DNA of 64,000 nt from a virus. Lineage: Duplodnaviria; Caudoviricetes. Under the pieces are notes generated by a model. The model made no database searches and had not been told where the DNA came from. It saw only the letters and a list, made by a program, of their open reading frames with translations. Every line of letters begins with the position of its first letter. The stretch's first letter is position 1. The DNA lies in IMG/VR virus record IMGVR_UViG_2713896750_000003, positions 1-64,000 of that record; one strand, 5' to 3'. Shown one piece after another: positions 1 through 9,741 of the stretch. Both the position numbers and the translations under genes were made by a program.

Positions 1-384
1 GCGGTATGTGTTTTTCATATTAAGCGCAAAAGCCCGTACCGAAAGGGCTGTGAGCGATCACTGTCATTCAAAACACACCCAGATAGCCCCAGAAAACGAA
101 AATTACATACCGCAATAAACCATTCACGCCTCTAAAAACGAAAATTACATACCGCAATAAGTCAAAATAGGCCCTAGAACCGCTGCAGCCAGCGAATACG
201 AGCAATAATATGGTCAAAAAATAACCAAAAACGCTAGGTTTTACTTATTGCGGTATGTGTTTTTCATATTCGGTCACTTATTGCGGTATGTATTTTTCAT
301 ATTCTCTGAATCTTGAAGTTATTGCGGTATGTGTTTTTCATATTCCATCGACTTTCAGTTATTGCGGTATGTATTTTTCATATT
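1..384. repeat. Iteron cluster (plasmid-type replication origin / incompatibility repeats)
   Basis: 26-bp unit TTATTGCGGTATGTRTTTTTCATATT at 245-270, 278-303, 319-344, 359-384 and truncated at 1-21; two inverted variants AAAACGAAAATTACATACCGCAATAA at 93-118 and 135-160; non-coding. Confidence 0.8.
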
Positions 385-541
385 CCAACCTTCGCAACGC
401 ACAACCACCCAACAAGAAACAGATTTGATATTTGATTGTCAGAGATGTGAGCTTGAGAGCGCGTCAGAAATGACAGAGAGCGCTTTCTGATGCTTGAGAT
501 TAACTTTGACTCGATTAAATAGAAAAAGCGCTCAGAATTGA

Positions 542-1012
542 TTACAGAGAGTCGATGGATTTTTGGAGTTTGTCTGAGTACTGATCAAGGCACTCAGTGA
601 TACCGGAATAAGTAATCTCATCAATCATAACGGCCAAACCGTGCTCTCTTGAGTATCGCATGTGATAAACCATATCCTCGTCGTTGAGACTGGATACAAT
701 TTGACAGGAATAGTCGACCTGACCGCTGAAGTGCATATTTCCTCTGGCTGTGATGGACTTCATTGTCACGGTAACAGGAATCTCCGAATTAAGAGATTGA
801 GCAACATATTCACCGATAGACGGCTCTACAGTTATTGGGTAAGAATAGTTTCCTGATGTAGAAAAGGTATCAAGAAATACCTGGTTACCTATCATTGAAT
901 CATCGACGGTGACGTTATGAGAGACATTGGTTATCGGCAAAGACAATCTTTGCTCGGGCATAGCGCAGGCGGTTAAGATCAAAGAAAGAGTTAAGATACC
1001 GATTTTGTTCAT
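542..1012 (-). CDS. Putative lipoprotein
   Basis: Signal peptide with lipobox LTAC; GGAGGA RBS. Confidence 0.7.
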   Translation of the reverse strand: MNKIGILTLSLILTACAMPEQRLSLPITNVSHNVTVDDSMIGNQVFLDTFSTSGNYSYPITVEPSIGEYVAQSLNSEIPVTVTMKSITARGNMHFSGQVDYSCQIVSSLNDEDMVYHMRYSREHGLAVMIDEITYSGITECLDQYSDKLQKSIDSL

Positions 1013-1088
1013 ATTTCCTCCTTTTGGAAGATTATATGACGAGAAACCGTCAAGTAAATATGGTGAGGAAAACTACCTTAGCTTCAAT

Positions 1089-1120
1089 TAAAAAAATGGG
1101 GGCTCTTTAGAGCTCCCCAA
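1089..1120 (-). terminator. Rho-independent terminator
   Basis: Minus strand GGGGAGCTCT-AA-AGAGCCCCC stem followed by a T run, downstream of the 1209-2057 gene. Confidence 0.55.
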
Positions 1121-1208
1121 TGCTGAGTTCCAAACGTAGGAACAATAATGGAGTTAACGCAAAAACCCATATCAAAGCGCCCCGTAGGACGCTTTAGCAT
1201 ATAGATTA

Positions 1209-2057
1209 TTAAGATTTTGCACCTGTTCTCTCAATACCTAAGTTTTCAGCAAAAGCCTGAGCAATAACTGAATCTTCAACTAACGTCAGTTTCTGCCCTT
1301 CTCGTTTAGCAACGCCCATTAGAGGCAAGACTTTCATCAACTGACCAGATTGAGAACGACTTGTACCTTCTGAATAAGGTCTAGCTCGATAACGCTCAAA
1401 GATATCCTGACTTGTGATCTCTCCTTTTGTAAGAATCAGCTCTAGAGCTAACTCCGTATACACCGATAACGAGGTTCCGCCAGTGAGATGCGCATACGCG
1501 TTTACAAGTTTTTCGCCTACTTTTTTAGGAGCGCTGTCTATTTCGGCCATTCGTGCTGAAATGGTCTCTTTAAGCTCATCTGCACTTAACTTTGCATCTT
1601 CTGGTGTATGGATTAGCGTTGATTCGACAGCCTCAACGCTGCCAAGTCTAACCTTGAGAGCCTCACTAGGCTTCATTGCCCCGCCCGCTCTAGATTTTGC
1701 TTTCGGCTTTGGCTTACTCTTAACCTCTACATCTTTTTCTTTAACTTCTGAGGTTTCATTGTAAACATCATCACCAATTTCAGAGCTAGATTTCTCAAGT
1801 TTTTTAGGAGAAATTGACTCTTTTTCTGGCTCAATTTCAGCGTAACTTTCTCTCACCGTTTCTTCTAATTCGATCTCATTGGCTACACCTTCAAGGATTT
1901 TTTCATCAACATCGGAAGACGAGTTCTCCGAAATAACTTCAGAATCAACGCCTTTTACTTCGATGTCTTCTGAGTCAATAAGGCTCTCACCTTCAATCGC
2001 ATCTAGTTCAGCAAGAGCTGCATCAAGAGCGGACAAATCACTCATGTATTGTTCCAT
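1209..2057 (-). CDS. Hypothetical protein with acidic N-terminus and putative C-terminal winged helix
   Basis: Long ORF with GGAGAA RBS before ATG at 2057; E/D/S-rich N-half; C-terminal KGEITSQDI...LMGVAKREG pattern. Confidence 0.6.
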   Translation of the reverse strand: MEQYMSDLSALDAALAELDAIEGESLIDSEDIEVKGVDSEVISENSSSDVDEKILEGVANEIELEETVRESYAEIEPEKESISPKKLEKSSSEIGDDVYNETSEVKEKDVEVKSKPKPKAKSRAGGAMKPSEALKVRLGSVEAVESTLIHTPEDAKLSADELKETISARMAEIDSAPKKVGEKLVNAYAHLTGGTSLSVYTELALELILTKGEITSQDIFERYRARPYSEGTSRSQSGQLMKVLPLMGVAKREGQKLTLVEDSVIAQAFAENLGIERTGAKS

Positions 2058-2377
2058 TGTAGTTCTCCATTCAGCATACATATATCAGTAAAAGCAATGC
2101 CTTACTTTTAACATTACTTTTCTAAGTCTTTATGTCTTATCGACAATTTATATATTACTTATGAAGTGCGGCATTAAAACAGTAAGCCATTGGGTTTGAA
2201 AGGTCGAATGAAAGGCAAGACGTGCTGAAAGTAATATTGATGTATGAATTGTTATATTGTTATACGGTTATACATCCATACATAAATATGTTTATATGGG
2301 TTGTTGTTTTGCTGTTTGGTAGTTTGTATAATTTGACGAAGGTACATGATAATCAACCTCTGCAACTACGACGACAA

Positions 2378-2407
2378 GAAAGGGCGCATATAGCGCCCTA
2401 TTTTTTT
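2378..2407. terminator. Bidirectional terminator
   Basis: AAAGGGCGC-ATATA-GCGCCCT-ATTTTTT. Confidence 0.6.
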
Positions 2408-3182
2408 ACTTTTGATAATCAGTAACCAAGCACGGTCGACCATCAGGTCTGACAAATATGCCGAATTTCGCACTGGCAAAGAACAAAGTGTACAAACTGA
2501 CAACTACCGATATAGAAATTTGAATGTTCACTCCAACATACTGAAGAAGATATACAATCAAGCCAAAAAATATGACGTATGAGACGGACATAATGCTCTC
2601 AGAATATGCCTTTTTCAGTCCTTTCTCTGGTGAGAGAACCAGACTAACTATCATTGAATAAATGACGCTGACAAACAGCAAACTGATCATGCAGTCCAGA
2701 AAACCTACAAAATAGGTATCCTCATTCGCCGAGTGTTGAGCCGACGAGGTCAAGTCCGATTTAAAGATGAATACGAAGAGGACAAACAGAGCAATAACGA
2801 CAAACTGAAAAGCGGCGAGCGCCGCAGTTGCTCTCAAACTTGCCTTAAGAGAGTGTTTTAAGAGCTTGGTTCGGTTTACCGTCAATGCGTGACCATGTAA
2901 CGATCTGTATTGGGACAAACGTCGCCCCGAGAACAGGCTTACTGAGGCGCAAACAGCCAGGATGAGGAAAAACTTTTGAACAAGTAGAGCAGGGAGCTCG
3001 CTAAGTCTCTCTGGAAAGATAAGCCCGTAATCAATAAAGAAAAAAGCGCTTAAGGTAATAACAGCAAAGAGAACGGCGAACACTCTATCTTTTAGCGACA
3101 GTATTGCTTGAAGAAGAAAAACCGAGAGGAAAGACAGTTCACTACGAATCCAGTTATTTACAGATTGCTTGATAATCATCAC
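2406..3182 (-). CDS. Multi-pass membrane protein, unknown function
   Basis: About 6-7 hydrophobic segments; overlaps the stop of the upstream exonuclease. Confidence 0.65.
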   Translation of the reverse strand: MMIIKQSVNNWIRSELSFLSVFLLQAILSLKDRVFAVLFAVITLSAFFFIDYGLIFPERLSELPALLVQKFFLILAVCASVSLFSGRRLSQYRSLHGHALTVNRTKLLKHSLKASLRATAALAAFQFVVIALFVLFVFIFKSDLTSSAQHSANEDTYFVGFLDCMISLLFVSVIYSMIVSLVLSPEKGLKKAYSESIMSVSYVIFFGLIVYLLQYVGVNIQISISVVVSLYTLFFASAKFGIFVRPDGRPCLVTDYQK

Positions 3183-3781
3183 GCAGCCTCCATTGATGAC
3201 TTTGACTCCATGACTTTGCTGACCGTTGATGCTAAATCGAAGTACCCTCGCTCAACTCCGACTGCCAACGCTTCTGTCATTTTTTCTGTATCGTAAATGG
3301 CGCGGTGAGCAGCCTCAGGGTCGAAAGGAACATCAAGGGACCAACACAGCTCTTCAAGTCGAGGGGGCTTGCCAAGAGGGGTCGCAAATCGACCGTTCTC
3401 CATTGTGCAGAATACCTCCATATCCTCGTTAATAGAGTGGCCCAACCGAAGCAGCTCGTGAGCAACAAACAGAGAGTCAAACTCGGCGTTATGAGCGACA
3501 AAGATGTCGGTTCTGGACATAACTTTGCTTATTTTCGGAGCTAACTCGTCCCAAGTTATTTTATCCTTCACCATCGACGGGGTTATCCCCGTTATTGCCT
3601 GCACCTCTGAAGGAATATCTCGCTTTGGGTTTACGAGTGTGGAGACGCGAGCGAGCTCCTCAAGTTTCAACGTTTCCGGGCAAAGCTTATGAAAGATAAG
3701 GCCAACCTCAGTAATGCGGTGACCCTTTTCAGGCTCAAAGCCTGTAGTTTCAACGTCAATTGCGGTTAGTGTTAACGACAT
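3179..3781 (-). CDS. dnaQ: DEDDh 3'-5' exonuclease (DNA polymerase III epsilon-like)
   Basis: ExoI IDVETTG, ExoII VAHNAEFD, ExoIII HRAIYDT. Confidence 0.9.
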   Translation of the reverse strand: MSLTLTAIDVETTGFEPEKGHRITEVGLIFHKLCPETLKLEELARVSTLVNPKRDIPSEVQAITGITPSMVKDKITWDELAPKISKVMSRTDIFVAHNAEFDSLFVAHELLRLGHSINEDMEVFCTMENGRFATPLGKPPRLEELCWSLDVPFDPEAAHRAIYDTEKMTEALAVGVERGYFDLASTVSKVMESKSSMEAA

Positions 3782-4206
3782 AAATTATATAATCCTTTTG
3801 ATTTGAAGTGCCGGTGAGCTTTCAAAACAGCCCTATAGCACTCACTTGGTAATTCGTAATTTTCTTCTTTTACTGTTCGACCACCACGACTAATGGTCAG
3901 CCTACAATTGCGGTAACGAACGACATATTCAGGGGGACAATTGCCATCCTCGCTCTTGTAATAAGCAATGAATGATGCATCCGTGAGCTTTGGAAAGGAG
4001 GCAAACATCGAGTCTGTGTCAGTAAGCATGTCGACAAACTCTCTGTCACTTGTTATGCCATTAAATGCCGTTTGCAGAACGGCCAACATGCGTCGACCAG
4101 ATTCGGGAGTTATGACTCCAGACTCCACATCGTCAATAACCTGCTCAAGAGCGGCAATGGCCTTTCTGTCTACCTCTGTCTGTAGGTCAATATCGAACAT
4201 AATCAC
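3772..4206 (-). CDS. Hypothetical phage protein
   Basis: ORF tightly packed in operon, AGAGG RBS. Confidence 0.55.
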   Translation of the reverse strand: MIMFDIDLQTEVDRKAIAALEQVIDDVESGVITPESGRRMLAVLQTAFNGITSDREFVDMLTDTDSMFASFPKLTDASFIAYYKSEDGNCPPEYVVRYRNCRLTISRGGRTVKEENYELPSECYRAVLKAHRHFKSKGLYNLCR

Positions 4207-4208
4207 CT

Positions 4209-4787
4209 CTAGCTTTTGGTTTTGATATCCTCAAGAGACATGCGTAGATACATGCCTTTGATGGCCTTAATCACATATCCGCCTTCTTGCTTCAATCGAC
4301 TACGAAGCATTGACATTGGCATTCTGCGCGCCATAGCGTCTATACGAGATAAAAGCTGAGCAAGCTCCTCCGAGTCGCGGCGCTGACGAATACGCTCCAT
4401 TAATCCGCGATAATGAACCGCTAACTCATCATCAAAACTCAGCGTGATCGGCGTGTGGTCTTGAGGAAGAACCACCGGGTCAGACAAATTCAGTCGAACC
4501 GGATGAGAGCTGCCGTTTTCGTCCTTGATGTAGAACTTGATAGTTCGAGCGGCAAAATAGCCAAACCCAGCCTCTTTGATTTTGGCCGCATCCGCGTAAG
4601 AGTAGGAGCGAAAATAAACCTCAAGAGCGAGTGTAAATTCTTCACTCTTAAGGAGAGACTCATAGTGATCGTAATAGGCTCGTGAAATCTCGTGTTTTAT
4701 CTCCTCAAGGTAGTAATGATGAGTGTCTGCGGCGTTTTGCTTAATTGCTGTATTTAGCATTGTTAACTCCTTAATTATCATCAGCAT
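4209..4787 (-). CDS. Hypothetical phage protein
   Basis: ORF in operon; likely start at MLNTA after AAGGAG. Confidence 0.55.
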   Translation of the reverse strand: MLMIIKELTMLNTAIKQNAADTHHYYLEEIKHEISRAYYDHYESLLKSEEFTLALEVYFRSYSYADAAKIKEAGFGYFAARTIKFYIKDENGSSHPVRLNLSDPVVLPQDHTPITLSFDDELAVHYRGLMERIRQRRDSEELAQLLSRIDAMARRMPMSMLRSRLKQEGGYVIKAIKGMYLRMSLEDIKTKS

Positions 4788-4824
4788 CAGAGTTAATTTA
4801 ACGCGCGCAGACTGGGGTTAAACG

Positions 4825-5433
4825 TTACGCCGCAGGCATAACAGGGTTATGATTTATCGCTCTAGATTTGGTGCTTTCTAGAATGCCAGTAACATACTCA
4901 ACTCGATCATTGAGATTCGTCATGCCTCGGTCTAGAAGAAAAATGCGAGGGTGTTCGGACAGCTCTGCATAGCCAACAATTAAAGCGTGAATACGCTCGA
5001 CCATCAGTTTGTCGCAGATCCCCTTGCTGTCGTCGTAAACAATCTCGACGGCAGGAGGAACAATAAAGATCGCATCAAGAGAAGAAAGACGGCTCATGCA
5101 TTTATCTATGTACGCCTCGATAACACCGACCCCAATGTCGCTAAGGGATTGATAGTCAGAGGTGTTTATTTCAGAAGCGAGATAAGCGATAAAGTCGAGC
5201 GGAGTTCGATCTGTAACGCTGTCATTGCTCATCTCAGCAGTCCATCGATTCAATATGTGTTGTTGAATGACAATGCGCTTTGACAGCGACAAATCGTCGG
5301 TGGGCTTACAGTTGTAACGGAGAAATGAGGGCGTAGCGCTGCCCTCAACAAAGTAGTGTCCAGTTAACTCAGCCACTTCTCTGGCGAGTGTTGTTTTACC
5401 AGTGCGATGTGCGCCAGCAATCCCTATTCTCAT
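4825..5433 (-). CDS. P-loop nucleotide kinase (AAA_28/NadR-like)
   Basis: Walker A GAHRTGKTT, DRTPLD motif; sits in nucleotide metabolism operon. Confidence 0.75.
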   Translation of the reverse strand: MRIGIAGAHRTGKTTLAREVAELTGHYFVEGSATPSFLRYNCKPTDDLSLSKRIVIQQHILNRWTAEMSNDSVTDRTPLDFIAYLASEINTSDYQSLSDIGVGVIEAYIDKCMSRLSSLDAIFIVPPAVEIVYDDSKGICDKLMVERIHALIVGYAELSEHPRIFLLDRGMTNLNDRVEYVTGILESTKSRAINHNPVMPAA

Positions 5434-6011
5434 AGACCTGAAACCTCCTTAGCCTCCATTGCTGACTTATCAGCCTTCAATTCAGATTGGCGAGATTTTG
5501 CAGCAGAGATCATGGTAGATATGACCGACTTCATATCTGGCTCTCGGAAGTTTGGCCCCTTAAGCGTCTTGCCAGTGTCCGCATTAAAAACGACAAATTT
5601 ATCTTCCAGACCAGGATACTGACATGGACGGTAGTCAGCACGAATAGGGGAGTATTTGCCGTGATAGCCATCGCCCGCGGCATAACGTTCTACCGCGTAC
5701 TTAGCCTCTTCCTCTGTGTCGCACAGTTTGCTCATATTAGAGCGGTGGATTTCAGCAAGGATGATATCGGCGTCCATGCCGCAATCATTGGCCGCGCCAT
5801 ATATAACAACTAGCCCGTCACCAATAGCGTCAGCAATCAGCTCAAGGTCGGCTTTTTCTAAGCCATCCTTAAGTTCGACGATCGCTTCTTCCATGATGAG
5901 ATCTAGTCGCAGTTTCTGTTGTGCTGGAGAAGGAACACAAGGAATATCAGGAATACCTTGCCCCATTACTGCATTAAACTCTGTTACTTTTTCAAAGTTT
6001 GTCTTTTTCAT
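5430..6011 (-). CDS. MazG-like NTP pyrophosphohydrolase
   Basis: EEAIVEL...DAIGD...EIHRSNMSK, KxLKGPNF motifs. Confidence 0.8.
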   Translation of the reverse strand: MKKTNFEKVTEFNAVMGQGIPDIPCVPSPAQQKLRLDLIMEEAIVELKDGLEKADLELIADAIGDGLVVIYGAANDCGMDADIILAEIHRSNMSKLCDTEEEAKYAVERYAAGDGYHGKYSPIRADYRPCQYPGLEDKFVVFNADTGKTLKGPNFREPDMKSVISTMISAAKSRQSELKADKSAMEAKEVSGL

Positions 6012-6018
6012 GATTCAC

Positions 6019-6516
6019 CTACTCTTTTTCGGAGCGAACGTAACGAACAACCGTAAATGAGGCGTCGTTGTTTTCATCTTTATCTTGAGCAAAAAGCGTT
6101 TCCTTCTTGATGAAACCGTCAAGGAAGTCAGCCGGCATGCGAGTAAGAACACCTTCTTTGACGGTGTCATGAATATGAGTGACGATAAGCTCATCGATAA
6201 CGCCCATTTCAAGGAAGAGGCGATAGATTTCAGAACCGCCGATAACGTCAAAGTCGTTACCAAAGAAGCCAAATAATTGCTTTGTTCCGTCCACTACGTA
6301 AGCGTTCTCGATAGCATGTGGGTAACGCATCATGATGACGTTCTTGCGGTCTGGAAGCGGTTGACCGATAGAATCATAAGTCTTGCGACCCATGACTACC
6401 GTCCGCCCTTTAGTCAAAGCCTTGAAGTGCTTTAAATCATCACTTAAGTGGAAAGGAAGTTCGCCATTTTTAGCGATAACATGATCTTCGGTAAGAGCGA
6501 CAACTAATCGAATCAT
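6019..6516 (-). CDS. folA: Dihydrofolate reductase
   Basis: DLKHFK, VVMGRKTYDSIG, PLPDRKN, VIGGSEIY. Confidence 0.95.
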   Translation of the reverse strand: MIRLVVALTEDHVIAKNGELPFHLSDDLKHFKALTKGRTVVMGRKTYDSIGQPLPDRKNVIMMRYPHAIENAYVVDGTKQLFGFFGNDFDVIGGSEIYRLFLEMGVIDELIVTHIHDTVKEGVLTRMPADFLDGFIKKETLFAQDKDENNDASFTVVRYVRSEKE

Positions 6517-7355
6517 ACTGCTACTTTTCCTGTTAGTTTCGGGTGAGATGAATAACCAACGATTTCAACGTCGTCGTAGGTGAAGTCGTCGATTTCCTTG
6601 ATGTTCGGGTTAAGACGCACAGAAGCTTGTGATTTTGGCTTACGTTTAATCTGCGTCTGGATTTGTTTAAGATGGTTTTCATAGATGTGGACGTTGCCGC
6701 CAACATGAATCAATTCCACCGCCTCATGATTTGTGACTTGAGCGAGCATGTGAGCGAGAATGGAGTAAAATTCAAGATTGAACGGCAGCCCCAAGAAAAC
6801 ATCGACGCTACGTTGATACATTTGCAGACGCAGTTTGCGCTTACCGCCTTCCTCAGAAGCCGGCTCAGAATCAACCTGAAACATCATGTGGCAAGGTGGA
6901 AGCTGCATCTCATCTAAATCACCCACATTCCAAGCATTGACTAGAATGCGACGATCTGTCGGGGCATGGCGTAGTTTGTCGACCATGTTGGCAAGCTGAT
7001 CGATAACGATTTTCTTGACTCCCATACCCATTGGCTTAAATGTCGTCCATTTACGCCATTGAGCGCCATATACGGGACCAAGCTCCCCGTCTTCGCGAGC
7101 CCACTCATTCCAAATACGAACGCCATTTTCTTGCAGGTATTTAACGTTGGTGTCACCGGCAATCATCCATAAAAGCTCGTGAATGATGGATTTGTGGTGA
7201 ATCTCTTTTGTTGTAATAGCTGCAATTTTCCCACCTGACAGATCGAATCGCATTTGAGTGCCAAAGACCTGAGTGGTAGTAACACCGGTACGCTCGTGAG
7301 TCTCCACGTAGCCGTTGTCCAAGACATGCTGAGCGAGATCTAGGTATTGCTTCAT
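6513..7355 (-). CDS. thyA: Thymidylate synthase
   Basis: LGPVYGAQWR, LPPCH, YQRSVDVFLGLPFN, HIYENH. Confidence 0.97.
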   Translation of the reverse strand: MKQYLDLAQHVLDNGYVETHERTGVTTTQVFGTQMRFDLSGGKIAAITTKEIHHKSIIHELLWMIAGDTNVKYLQENGVRIWNEWAREDGELGPVYGAQWRKWTTFKPMGMGVKKIVIDQLANMVDKLRHAPTDRRILVNAWNVGDLDEMQLPPCHMMFQVDSEPASEEGGKRKLRLQMYQRSVDVFLGLPFNLEFYSILAHMLAQVTNHEAVELIHVGGNVHIYENHLKQIQTQIKRKPKSQASVRLNPNIKEIDDFTYDDVEIVGYSSHPKLTGKVAV

Positions 7356-7393
7356 GATTACCCTCTAGCTTGTTTGTTTAAGTTGTTTATATA

Positions 7394-7409
7394 TTAAGTG
7401 CTTACTTAA
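7394..7409. promoter_or_regulatory. Palindromic operator copy upstream of thyA
   Basis: TTAAGTGCTTACTTAA, one of about 18 copies. Confidence 0.7.
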
Positions 7410-7411
7410 AA

Positions 7412-7885
7412 TTAGGCAACTAAGAAAGGAACGCTGCCTTTGATTTTCCACATTCTTTGGTTGTCAGAGCCTCGAAATGGCTTGCTCGTCGGAAGTTCTT
7501 TAACATAGCGACCATCTATCACTACATCCACGTATTTTAGGAACTCGCAGCCTCGAAACCGGTCATCAAGGTCGTAGCCGGTCCAAAGCCAAATATCTTT
7601 ATCTGGATAACGCTCCTTAACAAGCTTACATATTCTTGTAGTGGTCTTGAGGTTGCGATGATGAAGTGGATCACCGCCACTGAGTGAAAGGCCGTCTCTA
7701 AATTCAAGATCATCTAGTATCTGATGAATGAGCGATTCGGTAATGGGGAATCCCGAGTTCGGGTTCCAAGTAGATTTGTTGTAGCATCCCTTACAACCAT
7801 GCGAACATCCAGTAAAAAAGAGGGTACATCGCACCCCCTTGCCGTTAACCAGATCGCAGTTTATATACTTTGCGTAATTACTCAT
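7412..7885 (-). CDS. nrdG: Anaerobic ribonucleotide reductase activase
   Basis: NGKGVRCTLFFTGCSHGCKGC, LSGGDPL, FRGSDNQR; adjacent to nrdD. Confidence 0.95.
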   Translation of the reverse strand: MSNYAKYINCDLVNGKGVRCTLFFTGCSHGCKGCYNKSTWNPNSGFPITESLIHQILDDLEFRDGLSLSGGDPLHHRNLKTTTRICKLVKERYPDKDIWLWTGYDLDDRFRGCEFLKYVDVVIDGRYVKELPTSKPFRGSDNQRMWKIKGSVPFLVA

Positions 7886-9741
7886 TGGTGCTTAACTCGT
7901 TTCATAACTTCTGACTGTTTACCCTTATTGAAAGGTCGAGAGTCGGGGTTACCAAGATAACCACAAACTCTACGTGTGACGGACAATCCCTCTCCTCGAT
8001 TGCCGCAGTGTGGACACTCAAACCCATGCTCTGTCGCTAGAGCCTCGCCTGACCAACCGCATGAACACCGATCTATAGGAGTATTAGTGCCAAAATAAGG
8101 GATGCGATCATAAGTGAAATCCCAAACTCGCTCTAAACCCTCAAGGTTGTGTTGCATATTTGGAAACTCGATATAATCAATGAAACCGCCATTGGCGAGG
8201 TGTGGGTAATCCTGCTCAAATTCGATTTTCTCAAAAGGGTTAACCTTCTTGAGCACGTCAAGATGAAAGCTATTGGTGTAGTAGTCTTTATCTGTTACAC
8301 CCTCAATGACTCCAAATTCTTTTACATCCAAAGAGCAGAAACGATCGCAAAGGCTTTCAGATGGCGTAGAGTAAAGTGAAAAGGCGTAACCAGTTTCTTC
8401 TTTAGCCTTGTCAACAATGGAACGTAGGCGAGCGACGATCTGAAGCCCAAGTTTTCGCTTGTCCGGAGAATCAAAAGCGTGACGTTTATCTTCTGGAAGT
8501 AGAGCGTTAACCGTTTCGTTAATTCCTATATATCCCAGAGATACAGAGGCTCGACCATGCTTAAATATTTCCGACACGGTATCTTCCGGATTAAGTCGAA
8601 CCCCAGCCGCGCCCTCACAATAGAGTATTGGAGCCACTGACGCTTTGACGTTATCAAGGCGCTTTATACGAAGCTTAAGAGCGTCGATAGATAGACTCGC
8701 GTATTTATCTAGTAGTTCGGTAAATTCATAAATGTCGGACGACATCAGGGCCAATCTAGGAAGGTTTAGAGAGACAACGCCCATGTTGTTACGACCGTCG
8801 TACTGCGGAACCCCAGATTCATCAAAATACTCACCAAGGAAAGAGCGACACCCCATTGGAGCCTTAAAACCACCTGTGACTTCGATTAGCTTGTCGTAGT
8901 TGAGGATGTCGGGATACATGCGTTCAGACGCGCATTTCAGTGCTAGTTTTTTGATGTCGTAGTTTGGGTCTCCGTGCTTAAAGTTTAAACCTTTCTTAAT
9001 GGTAAACACGAGCTTAGGAAAGATTGCGGTCTTTTTATTTTTACCAAGACCCGCCATTCGATTTTCCAAGATGGATTTTTGAATGAGACGCTCCTCCCAA
9101 GAGCGGCCAAGACCAAAATTCAATGTCACGAACGGTGTCTGACCGTTCGAGGTATGAAGCGTGTTGATCTCATATTCAAGGGACTGAAAGGCGTTGTATG
9201 TTTCTTTTTCGACCATCTGTGTGGCGAAAACTGCGGATTCTCGATCGTCACCTTTGAACCAAATAAGGCCAACCTCAAGCCACTTATCATAAGAAGCACG
9301 AACGTATGGAGCTAACACCTCATCGACGCGATTAATGGTCGTTCCGCCATAAATGTGAGAGGACACCTGAGCAATGATTTGAGCGGTAACCGCTGTCGCT
9401 GTGCTGATTGACTTTGGCTCCTCAATTTCAGCGTTGCCCATTTTGAACCCATTCGTTAGCATGCCCTTCAAGTCAATTAACATACAGTTAAACATCGGGA
9501 AAAACGGGCTGTAATCCAAATCATGCCAATGAATAAAGCCCTGTAAATGAGCGCTGGCTATCTTTTCAGGAATAAGCTTTTGTAGAGCGTACTCTTTGGA
9601 AACTACACCTGCTAACAAATCTCGTTGAGTTGGGATAATTCTGGCATCCTTATTGGCGTTCTCATTCATTACGGAGACATTTGATTGAGTGAACATCTCC
9701 TCGACAACGTCAAACATTCGCTCTTTATCAATTGTTCTCAT
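7882..9741 (-). CDS. nrdD: Class III anaerobic ribonucleoside-triphosphate reductase, no ATP cone
   Basis: ENANKD, HDLDY, PMGCRSF, YYTNSFH, glycyl radical motif RVCGYL. Confidence 0.97.
   Translation of the reverse strand: MRTIDKERMFDVVEEMFTQSNVSVMNENANKDARIIPTQRDLLAGVVSKEYALQKLIPEKIASAHLQGFIHWHDLDYSPFFPMFNCMLIDLKGMLTNGFKMGNAEIEEPKSISTATAVTAQIIAQVSSHIYGGTTINRVDEVLAPYVRASYDKWLEVGLIWFKGDDRESAVFATQMVEKETYNAFQSLEYEINTLHTSNGQTPFVTLNFGLGRSWEERLIQKSILENRMAGLGKNKKTAIFPKLVFTIKKGLNFKHGDPNYDIKKLALKCASERMYPDILNYDKLIEVTGGFKAPMGCRSFLGEYFDESGVPQYDGRNNMGVVSLNLPRLALMSSDIYEFTELLDKYASLSIDALKLRIKRLDNVKASVAPILYCEGAAGVRLNPEDTVSEIFKHGRASVSLGYIGINETVNALLPEDKRHAFDSPDKRKLGLQIVARLRSIVDKAKEETGYAFSLYSTPSESLCDRFCSLDVKEFGVIEGVTDKDYYTNSFHLDVLKKVNPFEKIEFEQDYPHLANGGFIDYIEFPNMQHNLEGLERVWDFTYDRIPYFGTNTPIDRCSCGWSGEALATEHGFECPHCGNRGEGLSVTRRVCGYLGNPDSRPFNKGKQSEVMKRVKHQ

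Noticed and set aside
245-384. CRISPR array
   Set aside because: Spacers are only 7-15 bp, inverted copies occur nearby and no cas genes are present; iterons fit better
6019-6516. Acquired trimethoprim-resistance cassette
   Set aside because: Coupled to thyA in a phage nucleotide operon, with no attC or IS seen; resistance cannot be judged from sequence
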